Source of the DNA: a virus
Lineage: Duplodnaviria > Caudoviricetes
IMG/VR virus record: IMGVR_UViG_3300034388_000038
Coordinates: 1 to 59,034 of that record
Length of the DNA: 59,034 nt
Reading direction: 5' to 3' (one strand)
The position numbers were made by a program, and so were the translations under genes. This document shows, one piece after another, positions 34,460 to 43,583 of this stretch (position 1 is its first letter; each line of letters opens with the position of its first letter). Below the pieces are notes generated by a model. The model saw only the letters and a list, made by a program, of their open reading frames with translations. It was not told the origin of the DNA and made no database searches.

Positions 34460-34590
34460 GTACTTCCGTCTATCTGTTTACTCTCTTCCGCTGCTTTTTT
34501 CTCTTCGGCATCCGCCGCTTCGCAAGCGCCGCAATGTCCCTCGCAGACGTACTGGTTCAGTACGACACAGAAATCACACGCCTTACCCAT
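34456..34590 (-). CDS. Small Cys-rich protein (44 aa, MGKACDFC...CEGHCGAC)
   Basis: Translated by hand; GGAGG SD in the end of the upstream gene. Confidence 0.55.
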   Translation of the reverse strand: MGKACDFCVVLNQYVCEGHCGACEAADAEEKKAAEESKQIDGST

Positions 34591-34945
34591 GACTTGCCTC
34601 CACGATAGGTTCCACAGCGTTGCAGATGGACTTGAAGCGGTGGTCTTTCACCTGTTGATCCTTCGGTAGCTCCTCGTAGGGTACGCAGCAGGGATGTTCG
34701 CGGAGTTCAGCGTCCTTTATTGGCCCAAATTTCCATCCGTGAGCGTACTTCTCCGCAAGCCACGATTCATGGCTTGCGCTCGGCGGAGCATCCGGGTGCT
34801 CCAGATTGAACTTTACTCCGTTAACCGCACTGGTTCTCTGCCATTCCGGAGCATCATCCCATGGCTTTTGACTGTGGTCTCCCAGTCCGGCGCACAGCGC
34901 GCGGTTCGCTTCGTGGCAAATTCTTGCGACATCAGTGACGGTCAT
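34583..34945 (-). CDS. RyR-domain-like phage protein
   Basis: ARICHEANRA, SHESW...K...GW.FG..KD....HPC.VPY..LP..QQ.KD. Confidence 0.75.
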   Translation of the reverse strand: MTVTDVARICHEANRALCAGLGDHSQKPWDDAPEWQRTSAVNGVKFNLEHPDAPPSASHESWLAEKYAHGWKFGPIKDAELREHPCCVPYEELPKDQQVKDHRFKSICNAVEPIVEASHG

Positions 34946-34954
34946 ACGCACCTC

Positions 34955-37783
34955 CTAGTTAGCAGCGTTTGCTGCGTTGGTTGTAGTGTCGACGAGGGCG
35001 AGGAGTACCTGGCCCAGCTTCGGATGTTTCATGTTCAGTTCCCAGCAGGGCTGCTGGGCGCCGGCGTACTCTGTCCCTGACCCAAGAACCTTGCGCTTGT
35101 TGCTGCTGAGCAGCGCACCGCAGCCCTCCATCTCGCGACGGATGTCGTTGTAGGCGTAGTGTTTCCGCGCCATCCAGGTATGCAGCGCACTGCGGCTGAT
35201 GTACAGGCGGTTGGTATCCATCTCGCAACGGATAACCAGCGGGCCCCGCGGGCCGTCGAAGACCCGGACCAGTTCGCCCGGCTTGGCCTTGGACGTGTCG
35301 AGGATCACGCGGTTACTGACGTGCTCGTCGAGGAACTGACCTAGGGCACCGGTGCTGTCATTGACCAGATCGACCTTCACCCCGCGCATGGCGTTGATCG
35401 TCTCGACACACCAGTCGAACAGGGCCGTGATGTTGAAGTGCGTCAGCCCGAGCTTATTCGACAGCAGTGCACCGTAGAGCGCGACGGCAGCAGTGGCAGA
35501 CCAGAAGCGTTCCTCGCCGGCAGCGCCGGTCTTCTTGTCCAGCTTGGCCGTGATGACGTCGATGTTCGTCCGATGCTGGTCGAGGTCGGAGATGAGATGC
35601 TTGATGTACACCCGGCCGACATGCCCGTAGTTCTCCGAGCACATGCGGTAAATCTGCGTGGCCGTGTTGCGATCGAGCAGCGGGGTGTGGCGCACGTCGA
35701 ACTGGAAGATACGATTGATCTCCGCGCCGGCGTCGCCCTTGAGCACCCCGAGCTTGTCGACAAGGGAGGCGTTCGAGGAGACCAGCGCCAGGGTATTCCA
35801 CTGATTCAGCACGCTGCGCTCGGTGGCGGAGCGACTGAGCCTGACCTTATCCCTGCCTTGAGTGATGCGGTACACGAAGTCCGACAGGTCCTGCGACTCG
35901 ATGTTCGTCACCTCGTCGATGTACAGCGGCAGGTTTCCGTAGACCCCGAGCCGGCTGACCAGTGCGTTCTTCGTGTCGTCCTTGAGCATCATCAGGCGGT
36001 CGGGCTTACCATAGGCAGACAGCGCCCACATTCCGATCAGCGTCTTGCCGGCGCCGGAGGGGCCGACCATCGAGACCATCGCACCGGAGTACCCGGTGAA
36101 CTTCATCAGCGGCGCGCCGAAGGCAGCGGCTGCCATCGCGAACGCGTATGGCTCCATCCCAGGCTGGCCGAGAATCTTCGTAGCCTCAGTCCAAGGGGCG
36201 AGTTCGCCCTCGGCATGGAACGCCTCAGCCGCGGTCGGGATATTCTTGGCCAGGGCAGCGTCTTCCTCTGCGCCGTTGGCGTAGTAGATTTTCTTACCGA
36301 GGACGAACGCTCTGCCCTGCCGCGTCTCCTTCCATCCCATCTGGCAGAGGAGCTGGGTTATGCGCCGGTTCCTCTGGAGTTTCTGCGCATAGCTTTCCAT
36401 GTAAGCACACATCGCCTTTCGTTCGTTAAGCCCCGAGACCTTGACGTGGTTGTCCCAGAGCAGAGTCATCAGCGCCTTCTGGTCGTTGACCAGCGAGGTC
36501 CGCATCGAGAATTCCATCCAGCCCTCTAACGGCAGGTGGTGCCTGATCGTGATAACCTCGTACCCCAGGCTCTCGTCGAACGCGAGAGCGGATACATACA
36601 GGTCGTACGGGTAGAACACGAACGGCTCCCCGTCACGGTCGAGGGTCAGCCCTTCCTTGGTTCGCTGAAAGGGCGGCGGTGGAATGAGCATCTGGTCCAG
36701 CTCGGGCGTTGCCACTTCGGTAACCACCGGTATAGGCAACTCTTCCAGTGGCGCAGCCGCAGCGACCACGTCACCGACGGTCAATTCCGTGACCACTCGC
36801 CCGAGTCGGATCGGAGAACTGAGTTTGCCTGCATGCTTACAGCCGACGCACGCCGCCTCGTTGAGCATATGGAATCGCTTGCATGTGGTCGGCCCAGTCC
36901 CGGATTCTACATAGTGCCTGATCTTCGCGTCGGTAATCTCGGGTGAGTACCCCGGATGTCCGAGTGACCAGTCGTGGATAATCTGCGGAGCCTCGACAGT
37001 ATGGTGGAGAACAGCGATCGCTGCGTACCAGAGAGGTTCGGGAACATTTCCGCGCGTCTCCTTGATCTGTGCGAACTGGTTGCATTTCTCTGCGATAAGT
37101 TCGGCACTGGTTGGGATGGGGTCCGCCAGCCCGAAATCGATTTCACTCAGCGGTGTGGCCGCTGTCTTGAGGTCGGTCTTCTTGGCGCTCGGGAGGGACG
37201 CAAGGTGGTTATGAAACCACAGGTAATCAATGCTCGGCTCCAGCCCACACAGAAAGACCGGCCTTGGGGTCTCCGGTCGCTTGCGGTTGGTCGCCCCGAC
37301 AGGGCGTAGGACGGACGCGAGGTCCGCGGTTCTGGCTGGGTCGACTTCGAAGCTGTAGAATTCCGTCGCGGCTTTGAGCAGACGAGCCGTTGCAATCCAC
37401 TGCGCTGGGCTGATGTCGTGCTTCATCGTCCAGTAGGCATACAGCCCCCAACCAGAAGCGACGACTGTAGGCGCCGGCAGCCTGATCGCTGCGCAGAACG
37501 CACGCAGAGCCTTGCCACCTTCAACCTGGCTGGCGAAGGGCTTGCCCTCGCCGCAGTCTATGTCCAACCAGAACGACCTGACCTTAACGACATTGTCTTT
37601 TGTTCGGCGTTGCTCGTCACCATACGCGGCCTGCGCGACATAGACTGTGTGGCCTTCCTGGTCCATGCGCAGTGCGTAGTCTTCCGCTCCCTGTACCGTG
37701 TCGAACCAGCGATGCGAGACACCACGATCCCGCTTGACAGCAACGCAATAGTTCCCCACGGAAGGGAGAATGTTGGCCAGCAT
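34955..37783 (-). CDS. Primase-helicase fusion (RepB/AEP-like primase + PriCT + DUF927 ATPase)
   Basis: WLDIDCG, VASG.G.Y.YW, VLRP.G..N.K, EPLWYA; Walker A GPSGAGKT, Walker B LYIDE. Confidence 0.85.
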   Translation of the reverse strand: MLANILPSVGNYCVAVKRDRGVSHRWFDTVQGAEDYALRMDQEGHTVYVAQAAYGDEQRRTKDNVVKVRSFWLDIDCGEGKPFASQVEGGKALRAFCAAIRLPAPTVVASGWGLYAYWTMKHDISPAQWIATARLLKAATEFYSFEVDPARTADLASVLRPVGATNRKRPETPRPVFLCGLEPSIDYLWFHNHLASLPSAKKTDLKTAATPLSEIDFGLADPIPTSAELIAEKCNQFAQIKETRGNVPEPLWYAAIAVLHHTVEAPQIIHDWSLGHPGYSPEITDAKIRHYVESGTGPTTCKRFHMLNEAACVGCKHAGKLSSPIRLGRVVTELTVGDVVAAAAPLEELPIPVVTEVATPELDQMLIPPPPFQRTKEGLTLDRDGEPFVFYPYDLYVSALAFDESLGYEVITIRHHLPLEGWMEFSMRTSLVNDQKALMTLLWDNHVKVSGLNERKAMCAYMESYAQKLQRNRRITQLLCQMGWKETRQGRAFVLGKKIYYANGAEEDAALAKNIPTAAEAFHAEGELAPWTEATKILGQPGMEPYAFAMAAAAFGAPLMKFTGYSGAMVSMVGPSGAGKTLIGMWALSAYGKPDRLMMLKDDTKNALVSRLGVYGNLPLYIDEVTNIESQDLSDFVYRITQGRDKVRLSRSATERSVLNQWNTLALVSSNASLVDKLGVLKGDAGAEINRIFQFDVRHTPLLDRNTATQIYRMCSENYGHVGRVYIKHLISDLDQHRTNIDVITAKLDKKTGAAGEERFWSATAAVALYGALLSNKLGLTHFNITALFDWCVETINAMRGVKVDLVNDSTGALGQFLDEHVSNRVILDTSKAKPGELVRVFDGPRGPLVIRCEMDTNRLYISRSALHTWMARKHYAYNDIRREMEGCGALLSSNKRKVLGSGTEYAGAQQPCWELNMKHPKLGQVLLALVDTTTNAANAAN

Positions 37784-37813
37784 ATAGCCCCCACTTAATA
37801 GAAAAGAAACTGG

Positions 37814-38101
37814 TTATTTATTGGCTTTGGCGAACGCGTCACGTAGAAGAGGTAGCCGCTGGCTCTTGGTAACGTGGCCAGGTAGCGGGAGCAGCCCTTT
37901 GTCCAGCGCGCGCTCAAGGACTTGGAAGCGAGCGACGGCGAGCTTGAAGCGGAGTTTGTCGCGGACTCGGTTACCGCGAACCCAGTTGTAGAATGTCTGC
38001 TTGGTGATTGGGAGGAGGGCGACCATATCTTCGACACTGATTTCAGCTCGGCGCATAAGGTCACGGCCCATCTCCATGGTGAAATTTTCGGGAGTAAACA
38101 T
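37814..38101 (-). CDS. Cro/C1-like HTH protein
   Basis: ISVEDMVALLPITKQTFYNWVRG helix-turn-helix; AAGGAG SD. Confidence 0.7.
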   Translation of the reverse strand: MFTPENFTMEMGRDLMRRAEISVEDMVALLPITKQTFYNWVRGNRVRDKLRFKLAVARFQVLERALDKGLLPLPGHVTKSQRLPLLRDAFAKANK

Positions 38102-38114
38102 CGTAGCACTCCTT

Positions 38115-38139
38115 TGCCCCCGGCGCAAGGCCGGGGGCA
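38115..38139. other. GC stem-loop directly before the HTH gene SD
   Basis: TGCCCCCGGC-N5-GCCGGGGGCA; arms nearly identical to the 34385-34405 hairpin. Confidence 0.6.
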
Positions 38140-38157
38140 TAGAAAAAAGATTAGAAC

Positions 38158-39087
38158 TTACAGGCCCATGATCGCGTCGATCTCAGCCTGAGACGGCGCC
38201 TTGCTGCCTGCCGAGGTAACCGGAGCGGCTTCGGCTGCGGCCTCCGCCCTCGGAGAAGCCTTGGCTTTGGCCTTCGGCTTGGACAGGTTGTCGTCGGCCG
38301 GGGCCTCGACAGTTTCCTGCACTTGGGCGGCAGCCGGTGCTGCGATCTGCTTGGCCTCGGGAATGTAGGCCACCGGATGGAGAATGTCGTACGCCTCGCG
38401 GCTGCTGACGAACTCCTCGATCTTCTGGAGATGCTCGGCCTGTGCGAACTGGCCGACCTGGAAGGTCAGCACGCTGTACTCCGACTCCTCGTCGAAGCCC
38501 ATGTGGGTCACCGCGTATGGGTACGGAACCCCGTGGCGATCGAGTTCACGCAGGTAGGTCGCCAGGTTCTTGAGGCTGGCCGGCGGAACCTTCATGCTGT
38601 AGACCGTGCCCTTGTACAGCAGGGCCATGACCTTGCTGTCTGCGCAGGCTTTGCCCTTGGTCGGCTGGCCGGCGGCGTTGCGACCGGAGCCGAAGGCGTT
38701 CATCGGGCAGGCTGCGCAGCTGGCGCAGACCGGGTTCTTGACGGCCGGGTCGGGGGTCTTGCCATCGAAGGAGAAGCAGTCCGGGGTGGACGGCTCGTCT
38801 TGATTCGGGTCGAACTTCGTGGCGTAGTACGCCTTGTTCATCGGGCCACGCACACCGACGATGATGACGGGCAGGTACATGCCCTTCACCAGATCAGACG
38901 GTTTCAGAACCACATCGTCAGAGCCCGATTCCTTGAGACGAAACTTCCCGTTGCGAATGCGGATGCTCGGCTGACCACCGAAGGTCAGGCCTTGCAGCGC
39001 GTCGGTGTTCATCTGCTTGGCGCGGTCGTGGTTGACGAGGTAGGCGGGGACAGATGCGGGGTCGATGAGAGCGATGTCTTTACTCAT
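38158..39087 (-). CDS. Putative ssDNA-binding/replication protein with Zn motif
   Basis: PDCFS.DG..PD, CASCAACP.N.FGS, KAC, VPPASLK; strong codon bias; replication context. Confidence 0.6.
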   Translation of the reverse strand: MSKDIALIDPASVPAYLVNHDRAKQMNTDALQGLTFGGQPSIRIRNGKFRLKESGSDDVVLKPSDLVKGMYLPVIIVGVRGPMNKAYYATKFDPNQDEPSTPDCFSFDGKTPDPAVKNPVCASCAACPMNAFGSGRNAAGQPTKGKACADSKVMALLYKGTVYSMKVPPASLKNLATYLRELDRHGVPYPYAVTHMGFDEESEYSVLTFQVGQFAQAEHLQKIEEFVSSREAYDILHPVAYIPEAKQIAAPAAAQVQETVEAPADDNLSKPKAKAKASPRAEAAAEAAPVTSAGSKAPSQAEIDAIMGL

Positions 39088-39120
39088 GGTTGTGTTCTCC
39101 TGTTGGCGTTGGGTTGGTGG

Positions 39121-39396
39121 TTAACGAAGGCGGCCAAGAGTGCCCGGCACTGCGGTAATAGCTGGTTCGCACTGGGGCGGAGCGCAAGCAGTCTGCGCTT
39201 CCCCTTTCGGAAGGTCCCCAAAATACCGATCGCGCAGACTGCACATTGCGTCAAATCCTCCGGTCAGATACGTGCTGAGATCGGCCAGCGCGCCCGGAAC
39301 TTCGACGTCTTTAAAGACCAGAGTCTTGCAGCCGATCTGGATGATGACGCCGTTATCGGCGCCGTTGATGTGAACGTCATACTCAATGCGTGCCAT
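39121..39396 (-). CDS. Hypothetical protein
   Basis: ORF in operon with SD; ADNG.IIQIGCKTLVF. Confidence 0.6.
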   Translation of the reverse strand: MARIEYDVHINGADNGVIIQIGCKTLVFKDVEVPGALADLSTYLTGGFDAMCSLRDRYFGDLPKGEAQTACAPPQCEPAITAVPGTLGRLR

Positions 39397-39397
39397 C

Positions 39398-39796
39398 CTA
39401 GCTTCTCCTTACCTGCACCTCTTCGATGCGGACAAAGTCTACCCCCGGCGGGGGGTCGTTTGCGAACGTGCCATCGGCGCGCTCACTCATCAGTTCAACT
39501 ACCCGGGCCTTCGATACCCTCCTTTCCAGCAGGCCCCACTCATCATTCTGTTTGATGTAATCGAGAAGCGCATCGAAGTCTGCGACCTTGGCGGACGTCA
39601 CGTAGGTCTTGAAGAACGACCCATGCTCCGTCTTCATGCTGGTAGCACCGACCTCGTCAAGAGCCATCTTGAGCTTCTCTTCGAGCTTGTCGAGCAGCAT
39701 CTTGTACTGCTTGTCCACGCCTTCCCATTCCTTTTTTGCGACAGCTCTCTTGTCGCGAAGACCTATGTAGGTCTCCACCATCTTCTCCACATTCAT
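39398..39796 (-). CDS. Replication-module protein (coiled coil + KT..G...D...LLE.RVS...PPGV)
   Basis: AAGGAGG SD; motif pattern common in this type of phage replication module. Confidence 0.7.
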   Translation of the reverse strand: MNVEKMVETYIGLRDKRAVAKKEWEGVDKQYKMLLDKLEEKLKMALDEVGATSMKTEHGSFFKTYVTSAKVADFDALLDYIKQNDEWGLLERRVSKARVVELMSERADGTFANDPPPGVDFVRIEEVQVRRS

Positions 39797-39820
39797 GTCA
39801 TTGCCTCCTTGTGTGCGTTG

Positions 39821-40270
39821 TTAGCTTGGTAGTGGAAGTTCGCTACGAGAAAAGCTGCGCACGTTCTTGATGTACCAGAATCCTGGCTGGCATTTCTCGT
39901 CTGTTGCCCACTGCTCGAAGACCTCTTTGACCGCTGTCAGTAGCGGCTCAAGGCGCTCTCGCTCCTGTTCTTTCCACACTTTGGCTCTGGCTGTTCTATC
40001 CTGTACGGACTCTCCTGGCTTGTGCGGGAAGTTATTTATGAGCCAGTTCTCTGCGACCTCGCCACATTCTTCGTAGGCGCGCTCGGAGATGTTCTCTAAG
40101 AGCCCCTCGATGTCGCACTGATGGAGATAACTACTGATCGTTTTCTGTACAGCTTCGCCGACGAACACAACGTCTGCGTCGTCATACTCAGCGAACGCCT
40201 CCGCCACAGCCTCCGCTTCTGTGTCAAGTAGTCCATGAAAAACTTCTTCGTCGTCCGAATACGAATACAT
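39821..40270 (-). CDS. Acidic hypothetical protein flanked by 19-bp direct repeats
   Basis: AAGGAGG SD; repeats at 39804-39822 and 40276-40294. Confidence 0.7.
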   Translation of the reverse strand: MYSYSDDEEVFHGLLDTEAEAVAEAFAEYDDADVVFVGEAVQKTISSYLHQCDIEGLLENISERAYEECGEVAENWLINNFPHKPGESVQDRTARAKVWKEQERERLEPLLTAVKEVFEQWATDEKCQPGFWYIKNVRSFSRSELPLPS

Positions 40271-40300
40271 CTCTTCCTCCTTGTGTGCGTTGTTGAGTAC

Positions 40301-40329
40301 AGCATAGTCTATTGCTTTACCAATGTCAA
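40301..40329 (-). promoter_or_regulatory. Sigma70-type promoter for the replication sub-operon
   Basis: TTGACA-17 bp-TATGCT. Confidence 0.7.
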
Positions 40330-41891
40330 GCGCTCTTCGCCAGATTCAGTACGATGTCTTGCAGTGCGCTGCGATCGTCGAGTGCTTTGTAGATTCTCTG
40401 CTCCGTTGGCGTTGCATACATGCGTACGATGTTGGTGATGTTGCGTTGTCCTGGTCTGACGATGCGTGCGTTGGCTTGGTTGTAGTGGTCATTCGAACTG
40501 ATCGGTGCGTACCAGATAATCGTCGATGCTGCTGTGAGTGTCAGTCCGTGCGCCATCGTGCCGGCGTTGGCCAGCAGAACATGCGGGGACTTGGTTTCTT
40601 GAAACCGTTTGAAGATGTCCTTGCGCTGGCCATGGGGCGTGCGACCGTCGACCATAGCGACCGACCACTTGAGGTGCAGCTTTTCGTACAGGGCGTCGAG
40701 CACCCCGGTCAGAGGCACGAAAACGATGACCTTCTCGTTGCACTCTTCGATGATCTCAGTGAGCAGAGCCAAGCGCGGGCCGAAGTCCAGCTCCAGCACC
40801 TCACTGTTGGCGCCATAGAGACAGCCACAGGCAGCCTGGACCAGCTTGTTCAGCAGCACCCCGGCGTTGACCGCCGTGACCTGTGTCTCCCTGACCGTGG
40901 TGATCGCCTCCTTGATGAGCTTGTCGAAGTGGAACTTCTGCATCTGAGACAGTTCGCACTGGCGATCGGAGTAGATCGTCGGCGGTAGATCAGTGCAGTC
41001 TTCGAGGGCGTACCGGATGCTTGGCTTGAGGATGTCGTTGACTTTCTGCTCAGACCCTTTGCGAGGAATCCACCGGTATGTCCCGACCTGGATCATCGTT
41101 GAATCCCGGAACGAATTGAAGTTGCCACGGAAGTTCTCCGGCTTGATGAGGCGCATCTGTGCGTACGCATCGGTCGGCTCGTTCGGAGTAGGCGTACCTG
41201 TCAGGCCCCAGATCGAGCGAGGTATCTGCCCGTTGACCAAGCTATTCAGTACCTTCCATTTCTTGGTAGTGCGATTACGGAAGCACGCCACCTCATCAAT
41301 GACGAAGTGATCGATGTCCACCATCTCAGCCAGGTCCTTGGCGATGATCTCGATGCCATCGTGGTTGATGATGTAGAAGTCCGCCGGCTGGCGCAGCAGC
41401 TCCCGGCGTTTCTCCCGAGACCCATAGACCGTGACGAACTTGCGGTGCGGAGCGACCTTGAATATTTCCCTGGCCCACACATCGATAACCGATAGCGGGC
41501 TGGTGACGAGCACCCGCTTCACATCGCCTTTGCCCATCAAGTAATCACAGGCCCAGACAGTCGTCGCGGTCTTCATCGCGCCCATCCCGTTAAGGCAGAA
41601 GGCCCGCTTGTGAAGTGTTAGGAACCCAGCGGTCCGCTTCTGGTGCGCCGCCGGAGTGAAGATACCCGGCCAGTCGTAGTCGCCGTGTTCGATTGGAGAC
41701 TCGATCTCCTTCCCGACGTTGGCGAGAATACGGCAGGCGTCCAGTGTGTGCGGGATAGCACAGAGCACGTTTCCATCTTCCATTGGCAGAGACTTCATGC
41801 CCGGGAAGAACACAGTCAGCCGGGAGGCGACCTCCGGGGACTGGTAGAAAAAGATGTGCCCTTTGGAAATGGTGAACGCCGTTGCCCCCAC
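40326..41891 (-). CDS. SNF2-family (SF2) helicase
   Basis: HQ, GMGAMKT, VIDEVA, LTGTP.PN, HGLTLT, QANARI.RPGQ. Confidence 0.88.
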   Translation of the reverse strand: MGATAFTISKGHIFFYQSPEVASRLTVFFPGMKSLPMEDGNVLCAIPHTLDACRILANVGKEIESPIEHGDYDWPGIFTPAAHQKRTAGFLTLHKRAFCLNGMGAMKTATTVWACDYLMGKGDVKRVLVTSPLSVIDVWAREIFKVAPHRKFVTVYGSREKRRELLRQPADFYIINHDGIEIIAKDLAEMVDIDHFVIDEVACFRNRTTKKWKVLNSLVNGQIPRSIWGLTGTPTPNEPTDAYAQMRLIKPENFRGNFNSFRDSTMIQVGTYRWIPRKGSEQKVNDILKPSIRYALEDCTDLPPTIYSDRQCELSQMQKFHFDKLIKEAITTVRETQVTAVNAGVLLNKLVQAACGCLYGANSEVLELDFGPRLALLTEIIEECNEKVIVFVPLTGVLDALYEKLHLKWSVAMVDGRTPHGQRKDIFKRFQETKSPHVLLANAGTMAHGLTLTAASTIIWYAPISSNDHYNQANARIVRPGQRNITNIVRMYATPTEQRIYKALDDRSALQDIVLNLAKSA

Positions 41892-41892
41892 G

Positions 41893-42009
41893 CTACTTCT
41901 CCTTCTTGACTGGCTTGCCCTTGCACTTGGTATGCTGGACCTTGTCCTTCTTGGTCAGCGGCTTATTGACTGGCATCCCGCAGTCAGGGCAACAGGCTTG
42001 CTTTCCCAT
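41893..42009 (-). CDS. Small basic Zn-ribbon protein (38 aa, MGKQACCPDCG...HTKC)
   Basis: Translated by hand; AAGGAGG SD; fills the gap between VRR-NUC and helicase. Confidence 0.6.
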   Translation of the reverse strand: MGKQACCPDCGMPVNKPLTKKDKVQHTKCKGKPVKKEK

Positions 42010-42286
42010 CGAGCACCTCCTTCAGTTGGGCGAGTCCTGCCTCGCCGTCAATGACCAGCCATACTCCGCCGGCCTCGGTTATCTTCGTACCCTGCATCAC
42101 TTGCAGGGCGGTGGGTTTCTTCCCCGGCGCCTTGGTCTCAATCGAAATGAAGAACCCGTTGTAGCAGGCGATGCAGTCGGGAATACCATGCACGCCCATG
42201 CCGTTTGATACTGGCCAGTATTGCCATGCGCCGTATACCTTGAGGAGATCGCGGACAAGATTCTTGACCTTTCGCTCCGGGGTCAT
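41984..42286 (-). CDS. VRR-NUC domain nuclease (resolvase-like)
   Basis: E..V, GIPD, IETK.PGKKPT.LQ. Confidence 0.85.
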   Translation of the reverse strand: MTPERKVKNLVRDLLKVYGAWQYWPVSNGMGVHGIPDCIACYNGFFISIETKAPGKKPTALQVMQGTKITEAGGVWLVIDGEAGLAQLKEVLDGKASLLP

Positions 42287-42882
42287 CTCAATCTCCTTCG
42301 CCAAGCCAGCATAGATACGACTTCATTATCTGAGGACGTGGAATCGTGGACAACCAGATCGTGGAACTCCAGCCCCATGAACCGCTCGCGTCCTGCGCTA
42401 ACTGGAATGAACTTAATCCAGCCGCCACCCTCAAAGTTAATCGTATAGGCAGCCCTATCGACTCGCATCAAGTCGCGGTAGTCTTCGAATACCAGAAGCG
42501 TGCGCGTCATCTCTTCCCAAGCCATGGCAAAATCGCTGACAGCGACAACAACACGCCTCCCAGACATAGCCGAAGCTGCTGGCTGGAGCGGGTGGGCAAC
42601 CGGAGGTGCCACCTCCGGTCCGAGGCGCAGCCCGGTGATGTTCAATAAGAATCCAGGTATAGCAATCCCACTGGTCATGATTACAGGAGCGCTGGACCCA
42701 GGTGGACCAACTGGTATCTGCTGTCGAATCTCTTGGTTAGGCAGTGATGTTGCGAACATCCAGCGGACGATGCCTTGCCCGTGGATAGTGGCTGCTTGTG
42801 TGGCAGGGTCTTCGCTGTCGTAGTTCGGAAACGTACACAGCACCTGCATGTTGCCGTCTGTGAAGTCAAGCCGAAAGATCAT
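42283..42882 (-). CDS. Hypothetical protein (199 aa)
   Basis: ATGA coupling at both ends. Confidence 0.55.
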   Translation of the reverse strand: MIFRLDFTDGNMQVLCTFPNYDSEDPATQAATIHGQGIVRWMFATSLPNQEIRQQIPVGPPGSSAPVIMTSGIAIPGFLLNITGLRLGPEVAPPVAHPLQPAASAMSGRRVVVAVSDFAMAWEEMTRTLLVFEDYRDLMRVDRAAYTINFEGGGWIKFIPVSAGRERFMGLEFHDLVVHDSTSSDNEVVSMLAWRRRLR

Positions 42883-43583
42883 CTCCCACCTCCCCAGTGA
42901 ATACAGTCTCTGACAGGACAGAACGGGCCACGACCATCGCGGCTCTTGCGGCACAGTCCACTTGGGTTGCAAGGGAAGTTCTCATACTCCCACGCCTTCT
43001 CCATCTGCGAGACCTTCTGCATGAACTCACCCCAGATCGCAGGTATCTCTGCTCTCTGGTATACCGCGCCGGAGGTCTGCTGATACTTCAGCCAGACGAA
43101 TTTGGTCACGTACTCCTCGGCGTCAGGACACAGCAGCGAGGCCACCGCAGCGAAGAGCTTGAGCTGCATCGGATTGTCCTTGACCTTGCCAGTCTTCCAG
43201 TCAATGAGCGTGACCTTCTCGTCACCATCGACGAAGATGTCAAAGACCGACCGGCCCCACGCAGTGGGTGCGAACCAGCTGACCAGTCGCATGTTCCGAT
43301 CGAACGCCACCTGATGCTCGACCTTCAGCAGTCCGGGCATCTTCTCAACCGACCGGCAGTACGGCTCGTAGACCGCGAACTCCTCGGGCAACGTCAGTCC
43401 ATCGCGCAGCCGCAGTTCAATAGCCTTGTGCACCCGGCTGCCCCAGATCGTCGCCTCGCTGCCCTCGTCCTTTACGGTGCAGTAGAACCGCTTGGCGGCG
43501 TACGATCTTGGGCACTGAATAAACTGGTCCATGGCAGAAAAAGACCAAGTGAACGGCTTCCCCTGTGCGTTAACGAGGTCCAT
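42879..43583 (-). CDS. PD-(D/E)XK (Cas4/RecB-like) exonuclease
   Basis: WSFS...CP, G.RVH, D....IDWKTGK...QL, terminal C..C..C. Confidence 0.85.
   Translation of the reverse strand: MDLVNAQGKPFTWSFSAMDQFIQCPRSYAAKRFYCTVKDEGSEATIWGSRVHKAIELRLRDGLTLPEEFAVYEPYCRSVEKMPGLLKVEHQVAFDRNMRLVSWFAPTAWGRSVFDIFVDGDEKVTLIDWKTGKVKDNPMQLKLFAAVASLLCPDAEEYVTKFVWLKYQQTSGAVYQRAEIPAIWGEFMQKVSQMEKAWEYENFPCNPSGLCRKSRDGRGPFCPVRDCIHWGGGR

Noticed and set aside
38115-38139. Intrinsic terminator
   Set aside because: No U tract follows the stem in the transcribed direction; the SD follows directly, so kept only as a stem-loop
42879-43583. Cas4 as part of a CRISPR-Cas system
   Set aside because: Stand-alone PD-(D/E)XK exonuclease in a normal replication module; no array or other cas genes
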